A stretch of 64,000 nucleotides of DNA from Thermodesulfobacteriota bacterium (GCA_963675595.2 CAXXLZ010000001.1:800001-864000); one strand, 5' to 3'. Shown: positions 39,110-50,127, counted from the stretch's first letter. Program-made: numbers and translations. The notes: a model not told the origin generated them from the sequence alone.

Positions 39110-40354
39110 TCAGCATTTCTTCCGTAATAAGACTGTTGAGAACTGACATATAGCCAATGCTAATATATAACATAAAAAATATCTTCTTTCAAGGGTAAGC
39201 TGGTAAAATAGATCATTCCTATGAATATAGAATGATAGCGGAACGGAAAATAAAACCAAGAATGCCTTTAGTGTGCCTTCGCAGTGCATTGCTACCCAGG
39301 ATAACAGCATAAGAAACAATGAGTAAGATAGTATAAATAAAATTAGCAGCCACCATCCACCAACAGACCAAACATGGGCCCAAATGTTATTTGCCATTCC
39401 ATAGGTAACCTTAGGAAAAAGGTATGGCTGGAAGTAGTCGTTAAAACCTATTGAAGACAGTCCCATTTCTGGAGATAAAACAGTAAATTGTTTAACAAGC
39501 CCGATCAAGCTTTCAGTTGGAACAGTAAAATGTTCACGCAATACCTCGTTCAGAATGGATTGAATACCAAATGGTTCCGATTGTGTTATAGCTCTAACTA
39601 TAAAGTCGTTGGAACTGATGTTGTCTAAAAATAAAGACCAATCGCCTGTTGACAATGAATGCCGAAAAGAGGCGCCAGCAGCCCCATAAATAAACATGGC
39701 AGATGCGAGAATTAGAGAACATAGAATGATGCGCTTGTGAAAGCCAAGGCGGAGGCTCCCGGATTGCATCAAGGTGGCGGTCATAATCGAAATAAAAGAA
39801 AAGGCCAATGGCGATCTCATTCCTAATGATATCGAAATTGACATAAATAATATAGAAATAATAAATAAACGAAAACGTTTCTGTATGAAAAAAATGACCA
39901 TGGATAATGATGTAGATATGTTATAAGCTATAAATGCACGCCCCAAAATGCCCATAACATTGGCTTTATCAATGATAAGCATCTTAAAATTTAGTTTTAC
40001 GGCAAGTAACAAAAGGGATAATATGCCAATGAGCAATAGAAGGAGTCCTACGTTTTCGTCATAGCGAGCGCGGTAGTTTCTTCTTTTTGTAACGTGCCGA
40101 GGTCTCATGTCAAATAAGGCGCCGGTTGTAAGAATGGCCCCCATCACAACTGACATGACTATGTATGTCTCAGGAAGCAACTCAAGTTTTATGAATTCAC
40201 CCTGAACCTTGTACGTTGAGTGCCCAAAGAAGCCTGGTAGGAAGTAGATAACAGAGGAAAGGTAGCCGAGCGATAAGAAATCAAATACCCTTTTCCGAAA
40301 TAAGAAATAGAGTATTCCTGATACCGCGATTAGGTGGAAAACGAGTTGTGCCAT
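39110..40354 (-). CDS. Wzy-like polysaccharide polymerase
   Basis: About 10 TM segments, AT-rich, large late periplasmic loop, located between GTs in a wzx locus. Confidence 0.6.
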   Translation of the reverse strand: MAQLVFHLIAVSGILYFLFRKRVFDFLSLGYLSSVIYFLPGFFGHSTYKVQGEFIKLELLPETYIVMSVVMGAILTTGALFDMRPRHVTKRRNYRARYDENVGLLLLLIGILSLLLLAVKLNFKMLIIDKANVMGILGRAFIAYNISTSLSMVIFFIQKRFRLFIISILFMSISISLGMRSPLAFSFISIMTATLMQSGSLRLGFHKRIILCSLILASAMFIYGAAGASFRHSLSTGDWSLFLDNISSNDFIVRAITQSEPFGIQSILNEVLREHFTVPTESLIGLVKQFTVLSPEMGLSSIGFNDYFQPYLFPKVTYGMANNIWAHVWSVGGWWLLILFILSYSLFLMLLSWVAMHCEGTLKAFLVLFSVPLSFYIHRNDLFYQLTLERRYFLCYILALAICQFSTVLLRKKC

Positions 40355-40356
40355 GT

Positions 40357-41526
40357 TCAAGCCCCGGAAATGGCCCGAATAAGTGTTCGCGCCGACATAT
40401 CCGCGGAAAAGAGCGAACGCGCGTGTCTCATGCCGTCTTCGCTGGCAGAGTTGCATTGGAGGGTTGAAAGGATGGCGGCTGCTATTGCCTCAGAATCTCC
40501 TACCGGGCAGAGCCTGCCGTATGTTCCTCCAGCCAGTATTTCAGCGGGGCCGGACGGGCAGTCTGTTGAAACCACAGGTGTGCCCAAACATAGAGCTTCC
40601 ACAAGAGCCACTGGCATACCTTCGTATGTAGATGATAACACAAACAAGTTCGCCCGGCTCATGTATGCGTAAGGATTTGTCACAAACCCAGGCATATCGA
40701 GTTTGCGGCCGATACCGAGTTCGTGAGAGAGCCGTTCAAGTTTCGTTCGCTCAGGCCCTTCACCTAAGATAATCAGTCTCAACGAGGAGCGGTGTTTTGC
40801 GGCGAGCGAAAAAGCGCGAATCAGTGTTTCGAAATCCTTTTCAGGGGCGAGCCTGCCGACAGCAAGAACCACCTTGAATTGTTCGCCGATCAGCCATGGA
40901 TGGTAGATTGGAGCCTCAGCATCAAGTTTTAGTTCGCTCCTGTAAACGGGAGTATAGATGACTTGAATCTTGTCTTTTAAAAACCCGAAATTCGTCACAA
41001 TGTCCTCGGCCACACCGTATGAAGGACAAACAACTAAATTGGACATATGATAAACAAAAGGTGTGATTCTGAGCATCACTCTCCGTTTTAGGGAGTTATA
41101 ATGCTTCAGAGAGCCGGTATGATTACAACTGATTCGTGAAACGACGCAGGTTTTTTGGGAAAATAATCTGGAAGCGAAAATAGCAATTATATTCGCATGG
41201 TCCATAGTGGATATCAACGTGCCCGGACGATGTTTGATGAGGTATTTCGCCAACGGTAAAAAGGCTTTGTGTACACGTCGAGCACCTAAGTCAAAGACGT
41301 TTACATTGGAAGCTATGTCGTTGGAGTACTGTCCTTGACGGGAAGCTATCAACAAATCAACACGGTATTGGAGGTCGGCGAGCGTCGCGGCCAACACGAG
41401 CATACTACGTTCAGCTCCACCCCCAGCTAGGGAGGGGAGCAAAATGGCGATATGAGCCTTTTTATAGAAGCTACCATGAACGATAGGGTTTTGCTTCTCA
41501 TTCAATTTTGAAGTGTTCTTAGGCAT
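40357..41526 (-). CDS. Glycosyltransferase family 4
   Basis: GGGAER, GRLAPEKD, EGMPVALVEA, TDCPSGPAEIL. Confidence 0.9.
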   Translation of the reverse strand: MPKNTSKLNEKQNPIVHGSFYKKAHIAILLPSLAGGGAERSMLVLAATLADLQYRVDLLIASRQGQYSNDIASNVNVFDLGARRVHKAFLPLAKYLIKHRPGTLISTMDHANIIAIFASRLFSQKTCVVSRISCNHTGSLKHYNSLKRRVMLRITPFVYHMSNLVVCPSYGVAEDIVTNFGFLKDKIQVIYTPVYRSELKLDAEAPIYHPWLIGEQFKVVLAVGRLAPEKDFETLIRAFSLAAKHRSSLRLIILGEGPERTKLERLSHELGIGRKLDMPGFVTNPYAYMSRANLFVLSSTYEGMPVALVEALCLGTPVVSTDCPSGPAEILAGGTYGRLCPVGDSEAIAAAILSTLQCNSASEDGMRHARSLFSADMSARTLIRAISGA

Positions 41527-41986
41527 GGTATGTCCTGGCCAATGCTTGATAGTGTCCCATTGGTTTATTCTTTTGTGTTAGCTGCCAGTTCACTCCTCTT
41601 AGCTTCCGACGGACTAATGAAAGACATATTATGTGGGGGCGTGGCTTTGTTTGTCGGGCAGCCACCAGGGACTTGCCGTCAATAAATGCCTGGGATGAGT
41701 AATCGAATCTTTGTAGCAAACCAATATTCATTGAGTTCTTTTTGCAGCGCCTTCTGCCCTCAGTACGAGCTTATATGAAATATAACTTCATAGAAGAGGT
41801 TTCCGGACATCATTACCCGTGACGCTAACGTATAGCCACATTAAGAACTGTCAGAGATTTGGTGAACAAAAGTGATAGATTCGTTCGTCATTTCAGTTTC
41901 TGTCTAAAAGGTACTATCTGAGCCGCTTCAGCGGAGTCAATTTTCTCAAAAAAAGTTCTATTAATTAGTTTAAACACACTACACTA

Positions 41987-42865
41987 TTAGGTACATCGCC
42001 ATCGGCTGAGCTCCCTATTCAATATTGATTCAAGTTTCGTTATTTCTTCTGAAAAATAGCATACCAATTCGGCCCTGAGCTCCAAAGGCATAGGGGGACG
42101 GGGTGCAATTGTCCGATTTATGTTGTCAAGGTAGTTTAAGAGGCCAAGGGAGATGGGTATCCTTGATCGAATCTTCAAATAATATATTTCTCTGATAAGC
42201 TTTCTAAGGATAGGGAATCTGTATTTCGATGCTTGATTTATTACGGGAAAGTGGTATCTCCCATCGTCCGGTACATTCAAGAAGGTGAGAACCCGCAAGT
42301 ACTCTCGTCGAGGTTGCTGCTTAAGGTCCTCCAATAGAATGGGTAAAACAGACTTGGGCTCTGTCAGGTTTATCAAACGTTCCATCTGGGAGCCTAATGA
42401 ACAAGCAGGACCATAAAGCAAATATTTCGGCTCCTCACAGTTCTTTGGAACCGATATGCCTTGTGATCTTTTCTGCTGCAAGGCCCATGCCTTACTAAAT
42501 TCCCATTCCGTTTCAGCATGCGCTTTGATCATTTCCATGTGGAGGGCGTAGGCCATATCGACGGGATTTCGCAACATCACAATGAACCGTGGTTCTGTAT
42601 AGCTCAGGATATTAGGGACCGCCGCCTCCGAATAAAGATACCATGCAGTGGCTTCGCCAACGGCGATATGACGGTCGGTAGTGGGCTTAAACACCTCCTC
42701 AAACGCTTCAAGGGAGAGCCGATCGTGGCGAGCATGATCTACGTTGAAGAAGTATGTCTCCTTACCTGGGCATAGAAAGACACTGGGATGACTTTGGAGA
42801 TAACTTGACATTGCCGTTGTGCCGCATTTTGGGGCTCCGAGAATGAAGAAGTTGGGTTTACTCAT
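41987..42865 (-). CDS. Sulfotransferase
   Basis: GAPKCGTT, KETYFF, GEATAWY, LRNPVDMAYA. Confidence 0.9.
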   Translation of the reverse strand: MSKPNFFILGAPKCGTTAMSSYLQSHPSVFLCPGKETYFFNVDHARHDRLSLEAFEEVFKPTTDRHIAVGEATAWYLYSEAAVPNILSYTEPRFIVMLRNPVDMAYALHMEMIKAHAETEWEFSKAWALQQKRSQGISVPKNCEEPKYLLYGPACSLGSQMERLINLTEPKSVLPILLEDLKQQPRREYLRVLTFLNVPDDGRYHFPVINQASKYRFPILRKLIREIYYLKIRSRIPISLGLLNYLDNINRTIAPRPPMPLELRAELVCYFSEEITKLESILNRELSRWRCT

Positions 42866-42876
42866 TTAGAATTCCT

Positions 42877-44228
42877 TTATGACGGCTTATGCACCGACGC
42901 TTTTCTTCCGATTGGGGCACAAACCAATCCTAAACGCTTATACACGTGGAAGCATGAAAAGATATTCCAAACGATCAAGCTGACGGTGGTGGCTATTGAG
43001 GCGCCAATCATGCCCAAACGTGGAATCAGCACGCAATTCAATGACAGGCTTATAAGCAAGGCACAGGCCGCACATTGGAGGCTGCATCGTTCATGTCCTG
43101 TCATGATCAAAATATAGCCGACTGATCCTGTGCTGACATTGACTAGTTGGCCTATGCACAGAATCGAAAGTGGTATACTGCCCAGTGCGAAGGGGGGTCC
43201 GAAAAGGCGGCTCAAGATCGGATTTGCGAAAAAAAAAAGATGGAGGCGGTCGGGAGACCGATAAGCAAAGAGATTCGGGCGCTCGTTGTTGCCAGAGTTT
43301 GAAGTTTGTCAAAATTCCCGGTTTCGTATGAACTCGTAATTGCCGGGGCCAGTACGGCATTTATGGAAGACAATATGAAAGAGATCAGTGCGGCACACTG
43401 GACTGCGGCGCGATATACGCCCACATCTTCAGGTCCTTGAAATAGTCCGATCATAAGAATATCTGCTTGGGTGTAGGCTGTTTGTATGGCCCCCATTCCC
43501 AACAGCGGAACGGCACTGCTTAACCACTGAGAGTGCTCATACGCGAGGCCAAGTGTTTTATCCGACCTGGGGAATGCAGCCGCGATCAAGCGTGTCGCAA
43601 CGAGCAAAGCGACCACGGCGGCTAGAGAATGGAGGAGAAGTACAAATTCCGGGCCTATTCTGATTATCGACTCATAGTTCCAAAAAACGACCAATAGAAC
43701 AAGAAAGACACACGGTCGTATGATGAGGTTTGGTAATTGGCCGGAAATCACTCGACCGATTCCGAGAAGTGCCGACTCACGAATTCGCAATAATCCCAAA
43801 CCAAGGAAAAGAAAGACTGAACAGAAAATTATGGAATGCGTGTAATAGGTTCCCGATGTCAGGGTACTGACGGTTACGCCTATACAAGCGACGACAATAC
43901 CCAATAATAAAACAACTTGATCCGCTCGCAAACGCAAGCCTGACAGAAGGTTGGTACAACCGCGTGCCGAGTAGATAGCCGTAAATCGAGTAACAACTAC
44001 AGACACACCGTTTTGAACGGGTACCAAAAAAAGAGTCAACACAGCGAAAATAAATGTATAAACACCGTAATCTTCAGTCCCCAATGCCCGTGCTAAAAGA
44101 GCTGTTATGCCTAAAGATAAGAAGGTAAAACCAATTTTCAAGGCAAAACTTAGAGAGGCTTGTATAATGGTTGATAGCGGATAAATCAATTTTGGAATCT
44201 TTGTAATTTCTATGTTATTTACAGCCAA
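42877..44228 (-). pseudogene. wzx: Wzx flippase, frameshifted at a T10 homopolymer (43229-43238)
   Basis: ARALGTEDYGVY and QADILMIG...VGVYRAA in ORF 43212..44228; C-terminal part LNCVLIPRLGMIGASIAT in ORF 42877..43215; T8 or T11 restores one frame. Confidence 0.85.
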
Positions 44229-46164
44229 AGTCCGTTTAAAAGGAAATGGAAGTAAGAAGGAATTTTTCTAATTTCTGAGTTAAAGACTAAAGTAATTGAA
44301 GTCGATCATTTGAGTGCTTAATCTATTTTTTAGTGGGCTTTATTCTTAACACAATGAAGTGGAAATTAAAAGCAAAAAAACTTGCGTGCTATATGTAAGG
44401 TGGGCCCCTGGGATGAGATTACAGGTTAAGAGATAATCATCTTTCACGGTTGGAGGGTATTGCTGTCCCAGGAAAAATCATGTCGAATCAACAACAACCG
44501 GCACTGGGAGCCCTGTGGGTTATGATGATGCCAGCGATACTCGAAAACAAAACAAGAGAACCCCCGTCATCGCGCATCGTAAGAAAATCCTGAGCCAGAC
44601 AACTACACTCTTTCATAGACATCTATTTGACACTTCTGCAACAATTCATCATGCTGGACGCAGTTTGACTGATCTTTGACAGTTCAAAAAAACGAATGCA
44701 GTAATTTCAGCTGCTTATACGAAAAAGAAAGGTTTATGGCACTACGTTTTGGTGCTCCTGGAGAGTCTGTAAAGTGGGCGGCGGTTTGAGGCCAACGGCT
44801 TGGAAGATGCGGTAGGCGTCGCCTTGGAATTCCGTTCTGGGGAGGTAGGATTTCTCTGCGACCTGTAGATGGATGGCTTTGAAGGCGTCGAGGTCGAGCA
44901 GAACCTGGTCCCAAGGGATGTCGATTTCTTTGGTTTTGAGCTGTTTCTGCAGCGCGATCTTCAGGTATAGGGCCAGGAAGTTGCAGAAAATGTGACCTTG
45001 AACGCGTGACACCGTTGATGGAACACGGGCCTGACTTCCAGGGCGGATTTGAGGTCCCGGAAGGCTCTTTCCACCTGCCACAGTCGCTTGTAGGTGACCG
45101 CGACTTCATCGTCGGGAATGTCGGTACTGGTGAGGAGAACATACTTGCCGTCGAAGCGGGCGTCGTCCTTGACCTTGGCGGGATCGATGCGCACGGTTTC
45201 CCGGTCGAGTTTGATGAATTTCCTGAAGCCCTTGTTTCCCACCAGAGACTGGGGCCCCTGTTTTTTCAGGGTGGTTTTCAACTTTTCCACAAGGGCCGAT
45301 CGGGTGGCCTCGTCTTTGGCTGCTTGGTCTTGGTTGTAGCAGAGGACGTAACGGCATCCGTTCAGATGAATCTCCTTGAACCACAAGGTGGGAGTGAGCG
45401 CTTGGTAGTAGCCCGGAGTGTCCACCACTTGGCCTCGGACATCCTGGTAACGGCGCATGGGGATGCCCACGATGTAGTCGATACCGGCACGCTCCAGTTC
45501 CACCAGATTGTCGACGCCGACCATACCGCGGTCGGAGACCAGGACCACGTTGTTCAGGGAGAACAGACGCTTGACCAGGGCGATGATGCGCTTGATGGTG
45601 GTAACGTCCGCCGTGTTGCCCTCCCAAAATTGACAGGAAAGGGGATATCCCTTTCGGGACATGACGACGCCCACCAACACCTGTTTCCGATCGGGACGAT
45701 GGTCCTTGGAGAACCCGTATCGAGCCAACTCGGCCGGCCCCCGGCCCTCGAAGTAGACCGAGGTGGTGTCGAAGAAAACGAGATCCACCCCGTAATCGAA
45801 GAGGTCGCGGCCCCGACGGAAAAGTTCCTTTTCGATTTCGGGCTGATACTCGGCCAGGAAGTCCATGGATCGATAAAGGTGCTGAAGCTCCAGGTCGTCG
45901 AAGCCTTCACCGTGGACGTTCTGAATCCAACGGCTCGCGGCGAGATCGGATCCCGGACGGACCAAGCGTTGGCAGACGCAGGCAAAGACCGCGCGCTCTA
46001 GATCGAAGCGATAATCGGAGCGAGAAGCGAGAGATCGGAGTACCACATCGAGCCCCAAGGTCTTCCAGAGTTTCTCGATCACCAAAACGGTTCCCCAGGA
46101 CTTGGCCCAGTCCGTCTTGACACTACCTTCCTTATAGAGACTGATGACCTGATTCTGGGTGGAG

Positions 46165-47462
46165 TGGAATGCCCCCCGATAATTGGTCCATGTATAATGA
46201 GAGTCTGAATGCCCAAAGAACGGAAGGAGACTTTTTGCATGGCCAAGAGAAAGAGACACAGCGCGGAGCAAATCATCCGGAAACTTGAAGACGCGGACCG
46301 TCGTCTGACGGCAGGGCAGACGATAGCGCAGGTTTGCCAATCGCTGGAGGTGAGCGAGGCGACGTACCACCGGTGGCGAAACCAGTATGGGGGGATGAAG
46401 GCTGAGGAGGCCAAACGGCTAAAAGAACTGGAAAAGGAAAATGCACGCTTAAAAAAGCTGGTCGCCGATCTGATGTTGGACAAGGCAATGCTGAAGGATC
46501 TTGCGGAGGGAAACTTCTAAGCCCGGCGCGTCGTAGGAAAGCGGTTGATTATGTTCGAAGTGAACATGCCGCTTCAGAGCGTCGGGCCTGCCGCGTAGCC
46601 GGTCAACACCGATCCACCCAACGTTATGAGCCGAAGGAACGGGACGATGAGGTGGAACTGATCAAGGCTCTTCACCGGTTGGTTGGAGAACATCCCCGTT
46701 TTGGATGCCGTAGGATCACTCGGCTGCTGCGTGATGCGGGGTGGGCGGTAAACTACAAGCGAATTCATAGACTTTGGAAAGAGGAGGGATTCAAGGTACC
46801 TCGAAAAGCCAAGAAGAAACGCTTCCTGGGAGTTGATGCCAATGCGTGCAACAAGCGTAAGGCGGCTTTTGCAAATGATGTCTGGACGTTGGATTTCATT
46901 CATGACCGCTTGGTCGACGGCCGTCAGTTCAAGTGCTTGGCCATTGTCGACGAGTTTACTCGGGAAAACCTGGCCCTGAGGATCAACCGCTCCATTACGG
47001 GTGAAGACGTTTTGAACGAGCTGAGCCGATTGATGGGCGAGCGGGGAGTTCCAACGGGCATTCGATCGGATAACGGTCCCGAATTTATAGCCCAAAAGGT
47101 GAGAAATTGGCTGAAAGACCTGGGAGTGGGAACCTTTTTCGTCGAGCCGGGAGCCCCTTGGCAGAACGGGTACGTGGAAAGTTTCAACAGCCGTTTTCGG
47201 GATGAATTCTTGAACATGGAAATTTTCAACAACATCAAGGAAGCGCAGACTCTGGCCGCCAAATGGCGGAAAGTCTATAACGAGGAAAGACCGCACAGTG
47301 CATTGAATTACATGACCCCGGCCCAGTTCGCGGCGAGCCCTTGGGGCCTCGACTCCGCCTCGCTCAGCTCGGCTTCGCCGAGGCCCCAAGGGCCGGGGAT
47401 GGAAAACCGCGAGTCATGATAAAACTCTCATAACTCCTGGACCAAAAACTGGGGGCTTGACA
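46165..47462 (+). mobile_element. IS3-family (IS407-like) element copy 2, intact
   Basis: Same IRs as copy 1, 4-bp target duplication GGAG, 1298 bp. Confidence 0.95.
46239..47419 (+). CDS. IS3 transposase OrfAB (orfA 46239..46520; -1 frameshift at GGGAAAC 46508-46514)
   Basis: OrfA HTH plus OrfB DDE motifs WTLDF, SDNGPEF, VESFN. Confidence 0.9.
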
Positions 47463-47786
47463 GGAGAACTTGGCGAGACTGGTAAGAACTCCGTCCAAGG
47501 CACCCGATTCACGGAGCCTGTCGAGACGGCCCAGCGTGCATATAACTTTCTGTTTTACCTTCTTATCCTGGCGGTAGTTCTCCACGATCTGAAGATATTC
47601 ATGCTCGGATCCGCCGCTTTTGACCTTTTTGACGCGTGCAAACATGAAACAAATTGTACGGAATACAGGTCGGCGGATTCAAGGAAAAAATCGCACATAT
47701 TGGCACTACGTTTGGAGCCTCGGAAAAAGGCCAGCCTAATCATTTCGGTAAGTTAGGCGGGAGAGGCCCACTTTTTCACCCTCCAA

Positions 47787-49743
47787 CAGGAGTTTAAGAG
47801 TTACCTGAGCAGAATAGTCTATAAGGGCTGTAAAAGCAGTAAGTTACGTTCTGAAAGTTTGTAAGACCCCACCGTCGTTCATCTGGAAACCGAAGGCGTG
47901 CAGGATTTGGGCCTGGATGTCGTTCGGTTGTTCGATCATGCGGAGGGGTTTTCGTTTTGCCGGACTGAAGCAGAGGCAGGAGTGGAGTCTTTGCATCTGC
48001 TGCATGACGGTTGAGGCTGTGAGATTCAGTCCGGCGCGTCGCACTCGGAGTTCAATAATTCGAAGGTAGGTGAGCGCGACAACGCAGGTCAGGATATGGC
48101 ACCGGATTTTTCCATCCGTCCAATGACGGATCGGAAAGAGGGAAACCAGGTCGTGGTCCTTGGTTTGCCGAAATGCTTTTTCCACTTTGTATCGATCCAG
48201 GCAGGCCCGTACAATCTCATCCGTACTCCAATCCCCGTTATCCGTTACGATGATGTTCTTTCCGAATCGGTTAATGTATCTTCCGATCCGATAGAAGTTC
48301 TTGCGGAAACCCATGCGGGTCCGTCCTTGATCCATTTCAAAAGTCAAATCGTAGAGGTCGTCGGGGAGATGCAATTCCTTGCAGCGATCCATGTAGCGTT
48401 CCCGGACTTGCTTGGGATTTTTCCAGTGGGGCGCCTGCTCCCTGACCTTAACCCGCATGAGATAGAGTTCCTCTTGGATCTGGAGCATCTTTCTTTCGAA
48501 GGAGTACCTCTGCTTGGCGGCGGTTCTCGGATTATGAGTCACCACGACGGTTCGCAGTCGTCCCCAAAGTTCTCCCGTAGTTCGCCAGGCCGTCAGAATA
48601 TCTTCCTCCCGGCCCAGTTTCTTCAGCTCTTGATTCTTAGCGGTCTCCACCGGTTCAAACCGGGATCGATCAACCTGGGCAAGGTCCTCTGCGAAGTAGG
48701 TGGAATAGGTGGTAATGAAATGGAGGTTCTCATGGGCGTCGATGCGGGCGATATTGGCTTCGGAGTTCATTCCCTTGTCGAAAACGAGGGTCAGGTGAGC
48801 ACCGGTCCCTTTTGTACTTTGCATGCAAGCCCGGATTTCCTCCAGGGTCCGGTGAAACACTTTGGAGTCGTGACGGTTGCCTTCGTAGGCTTTGTAGAAA
48901 AGCGGCATCTGGGTATCTCTTGACACCAGAAGGGCGATGCCGACTTGACGTAGCCAGTCGCGGCCGTCCTTGTTTTTTCCTCGCCGGGCCAGTTCGGATG
49001 GGGTATCGCTGCTCATGAAGGTGTAGTAGTTGGTGGTATCGAACAGAAAGCAATCCGAATCCGCGGGCTCGATCTCCTGAACCTTCCGGAAGAACCGGGC
49101 CGCGATCTCCTCGATGTGCTCCGGTGTTACCCGATCCCACTTTTCCCAAAATCGCTGGGAGGTGAGTTCCCCCACGTCCACAGGTCGGATCGCCTGGATG
49201 GCCGTGTCTTTAAACCACGATTCCAAAGCCCGCTTGGAGCGGGAATCGATCATTCGATTGAAAACCGCATACAAGAAATACTCGCCGACGGAAGGTCCGT
49301 CCTCTCTTTTTCCTTCGGGAACCACCGAGTCCACGATATCCGCGAAGCAGGCTTCCCGGTCGATGAGTTCGGCCAGCCATAACGCCCCGAATTCCTGTGC
49401 TTGAATTTTGCTTAACCCGGCCCCGCCTCCCGCCGCCATTTCCAGAATCCGCTCAGGGCTACCCAAATAGACTTGGTTGACGACCTTGGGTTTGCCTTCG
49501 ACCCGAGCCATCTCTCGAATGTAGTAGTAGGGTCGTCCCTTTTTCATCTTCTTATGCAAATGAGCCATGCACGAATAATAGCAGTAGGGTCGTACGATGT
49601 CAAGAAAACAATGTAACTACTGGAATTTTATAGACGATAATGGTCGGAGACGAATAGTAGAGGGATCTTACAGTGGGACTGCTATAATGCACTGAATTTA
49701 CAATAAAATTCGCAATTATGGCTGGCTATCTCTTAAACTCCTG
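47787..49743 (-). mobile_element. Second IS1634-family element, inserted at the terminal IR of the outer one
   Basis: Perfect 14-bp IR CAGGAGTTTAAGAG / CTCTTAAACTCCTG; 5-bp target duplication TCCAA. Confidence 0.92.
47844..49568 (-). CDS. IS1634-family transposase, intact
   Basis: FDTTN, RGKNKDGR, YEGNRHD, FDKG, VEKAFR, PIRHW, IRCHILTC. Confidence 0.9.
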   Translation of the reverse strand: MAHLHKKMKKGRPYYYIREMARVEGKPKVVNQVYLGSPERILEMAAGGGAGLSKIQAQEFGALWLAELIDREACFADIVDSVVPEGKREDGPSVGEYFLYAVFNRMIDSRSKRALESWFKDTAIQAIRPVDVGELTSQRFWEKWDRVTPEHIEEIAARFFRKVQEIEPADSDCFLFDTTNYYTFMSSDTPSELARRGKNKDGRDWLRQVGIALLVSRDTQMPLFYKAYEGNRHDSKVFHRTLEEIRACMQSTKGTGAHLTLVFDKGMNSEANIARIDAHENLHFITTYSTYFAEDLAQVDRSRFEPVETAKNQELKKLGREEDILTAWRTTGELWGRLRTVVVTHNPRTAAKQRYSFERKMLQIQEELYLMRVKVREQAPHWKNPKQVRERYMDRCKELHLPDDLYDLTFEMDQGRTRMGFRKNFYRIGRYINRFGKNIIVTDNGDWSTDEIVRACLDRYKVEKAFRQTKDHDLVSLFPIRHWTDGKIRCHILTCVVALTYLRIIELRVRRAGLNLTASTVMQQMQRLHSCLCFSPAKRKPLRMIEQPNDIQAQILHAFGFQMNDGGVLQTFRT

Positions 49744-49819
49744 TCCAACTGTCAAAGATGAGTTTGAAAGGTTAGGCAGATACTCGACTTATGGCGCTCT
49801 GATTGTCGCTCAGCTTTCC

Positions 49820-49935
49820 TCGTAATGACAGGCAGCCAAAATTGACGCCGGCGGTATGGTTAATCAGTTCCTGCGACACGGTTCTGAGGTCGAATGACAA
49901 CGTAGAAGGCCGTCGGCTACCGGAGTTGTCAGGCG
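49820..49935 (-). mobile_element. Degenerate remnant of an IS21 right end related to the element at 32535..35081
   Basis: TCGTAATGACA...CCAAAATTGAC matches the reverse complement of the 35081 end; 49895-49932 matches the post-istB hairpin at 34934-34972. Confidence 0.65.
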
Positions 49936-50127
49936 AGGATGATGTTGGAGATTTTTTGTACTTTTCGGTTCTTTAGGTTCCCCACACCTTGCGATGTTTA
50001 TATTTCATGATACGTCTCTGTTATTCTCTTAATCAGTGTTGTTAAGACAACTTCCAATGGAACGTTCCGAACCGGTGCTCCCTTGCAGAGCACCGCTCGG
50101 AATTCCATTGTGAACTGAATGCTTATG

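Larger units (their letters stand above)
44734..47645 (-). pseudogene. IS1634 transposase, split by IS3 and frameshifted near 45015
   Basis: N-terminus MFARVKK...YLQIVENYR (47463-47645); FFDTTS, GFSKDHRPD, DRGM, VERAFR; C-terminus RVQGHIFCNFLA in another frame. Confidence 0.88.
44669..49762 (-). mobile_element. IS1634-family element (outer), containing an IS3 copy and a second IS1634
   Basis: IRs CTGATCTTTGACAGTT / AACTGTCAAAGATGAG; 5-bp target duplication TTTGA. Confidence 0.88.

Noticed and set aside
31958-47462. Composite transposon that delivered the glycan genes
   Set aside because: Each IS3 copy has its own target duplication (CCCG, GGAG), so they inserted independently
49850-49860. 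ops/JUMPStart-like GGCGGTA
   Set aside because: Imperfect, on the strand opposite the glycan operon and inside the IS21 remnant
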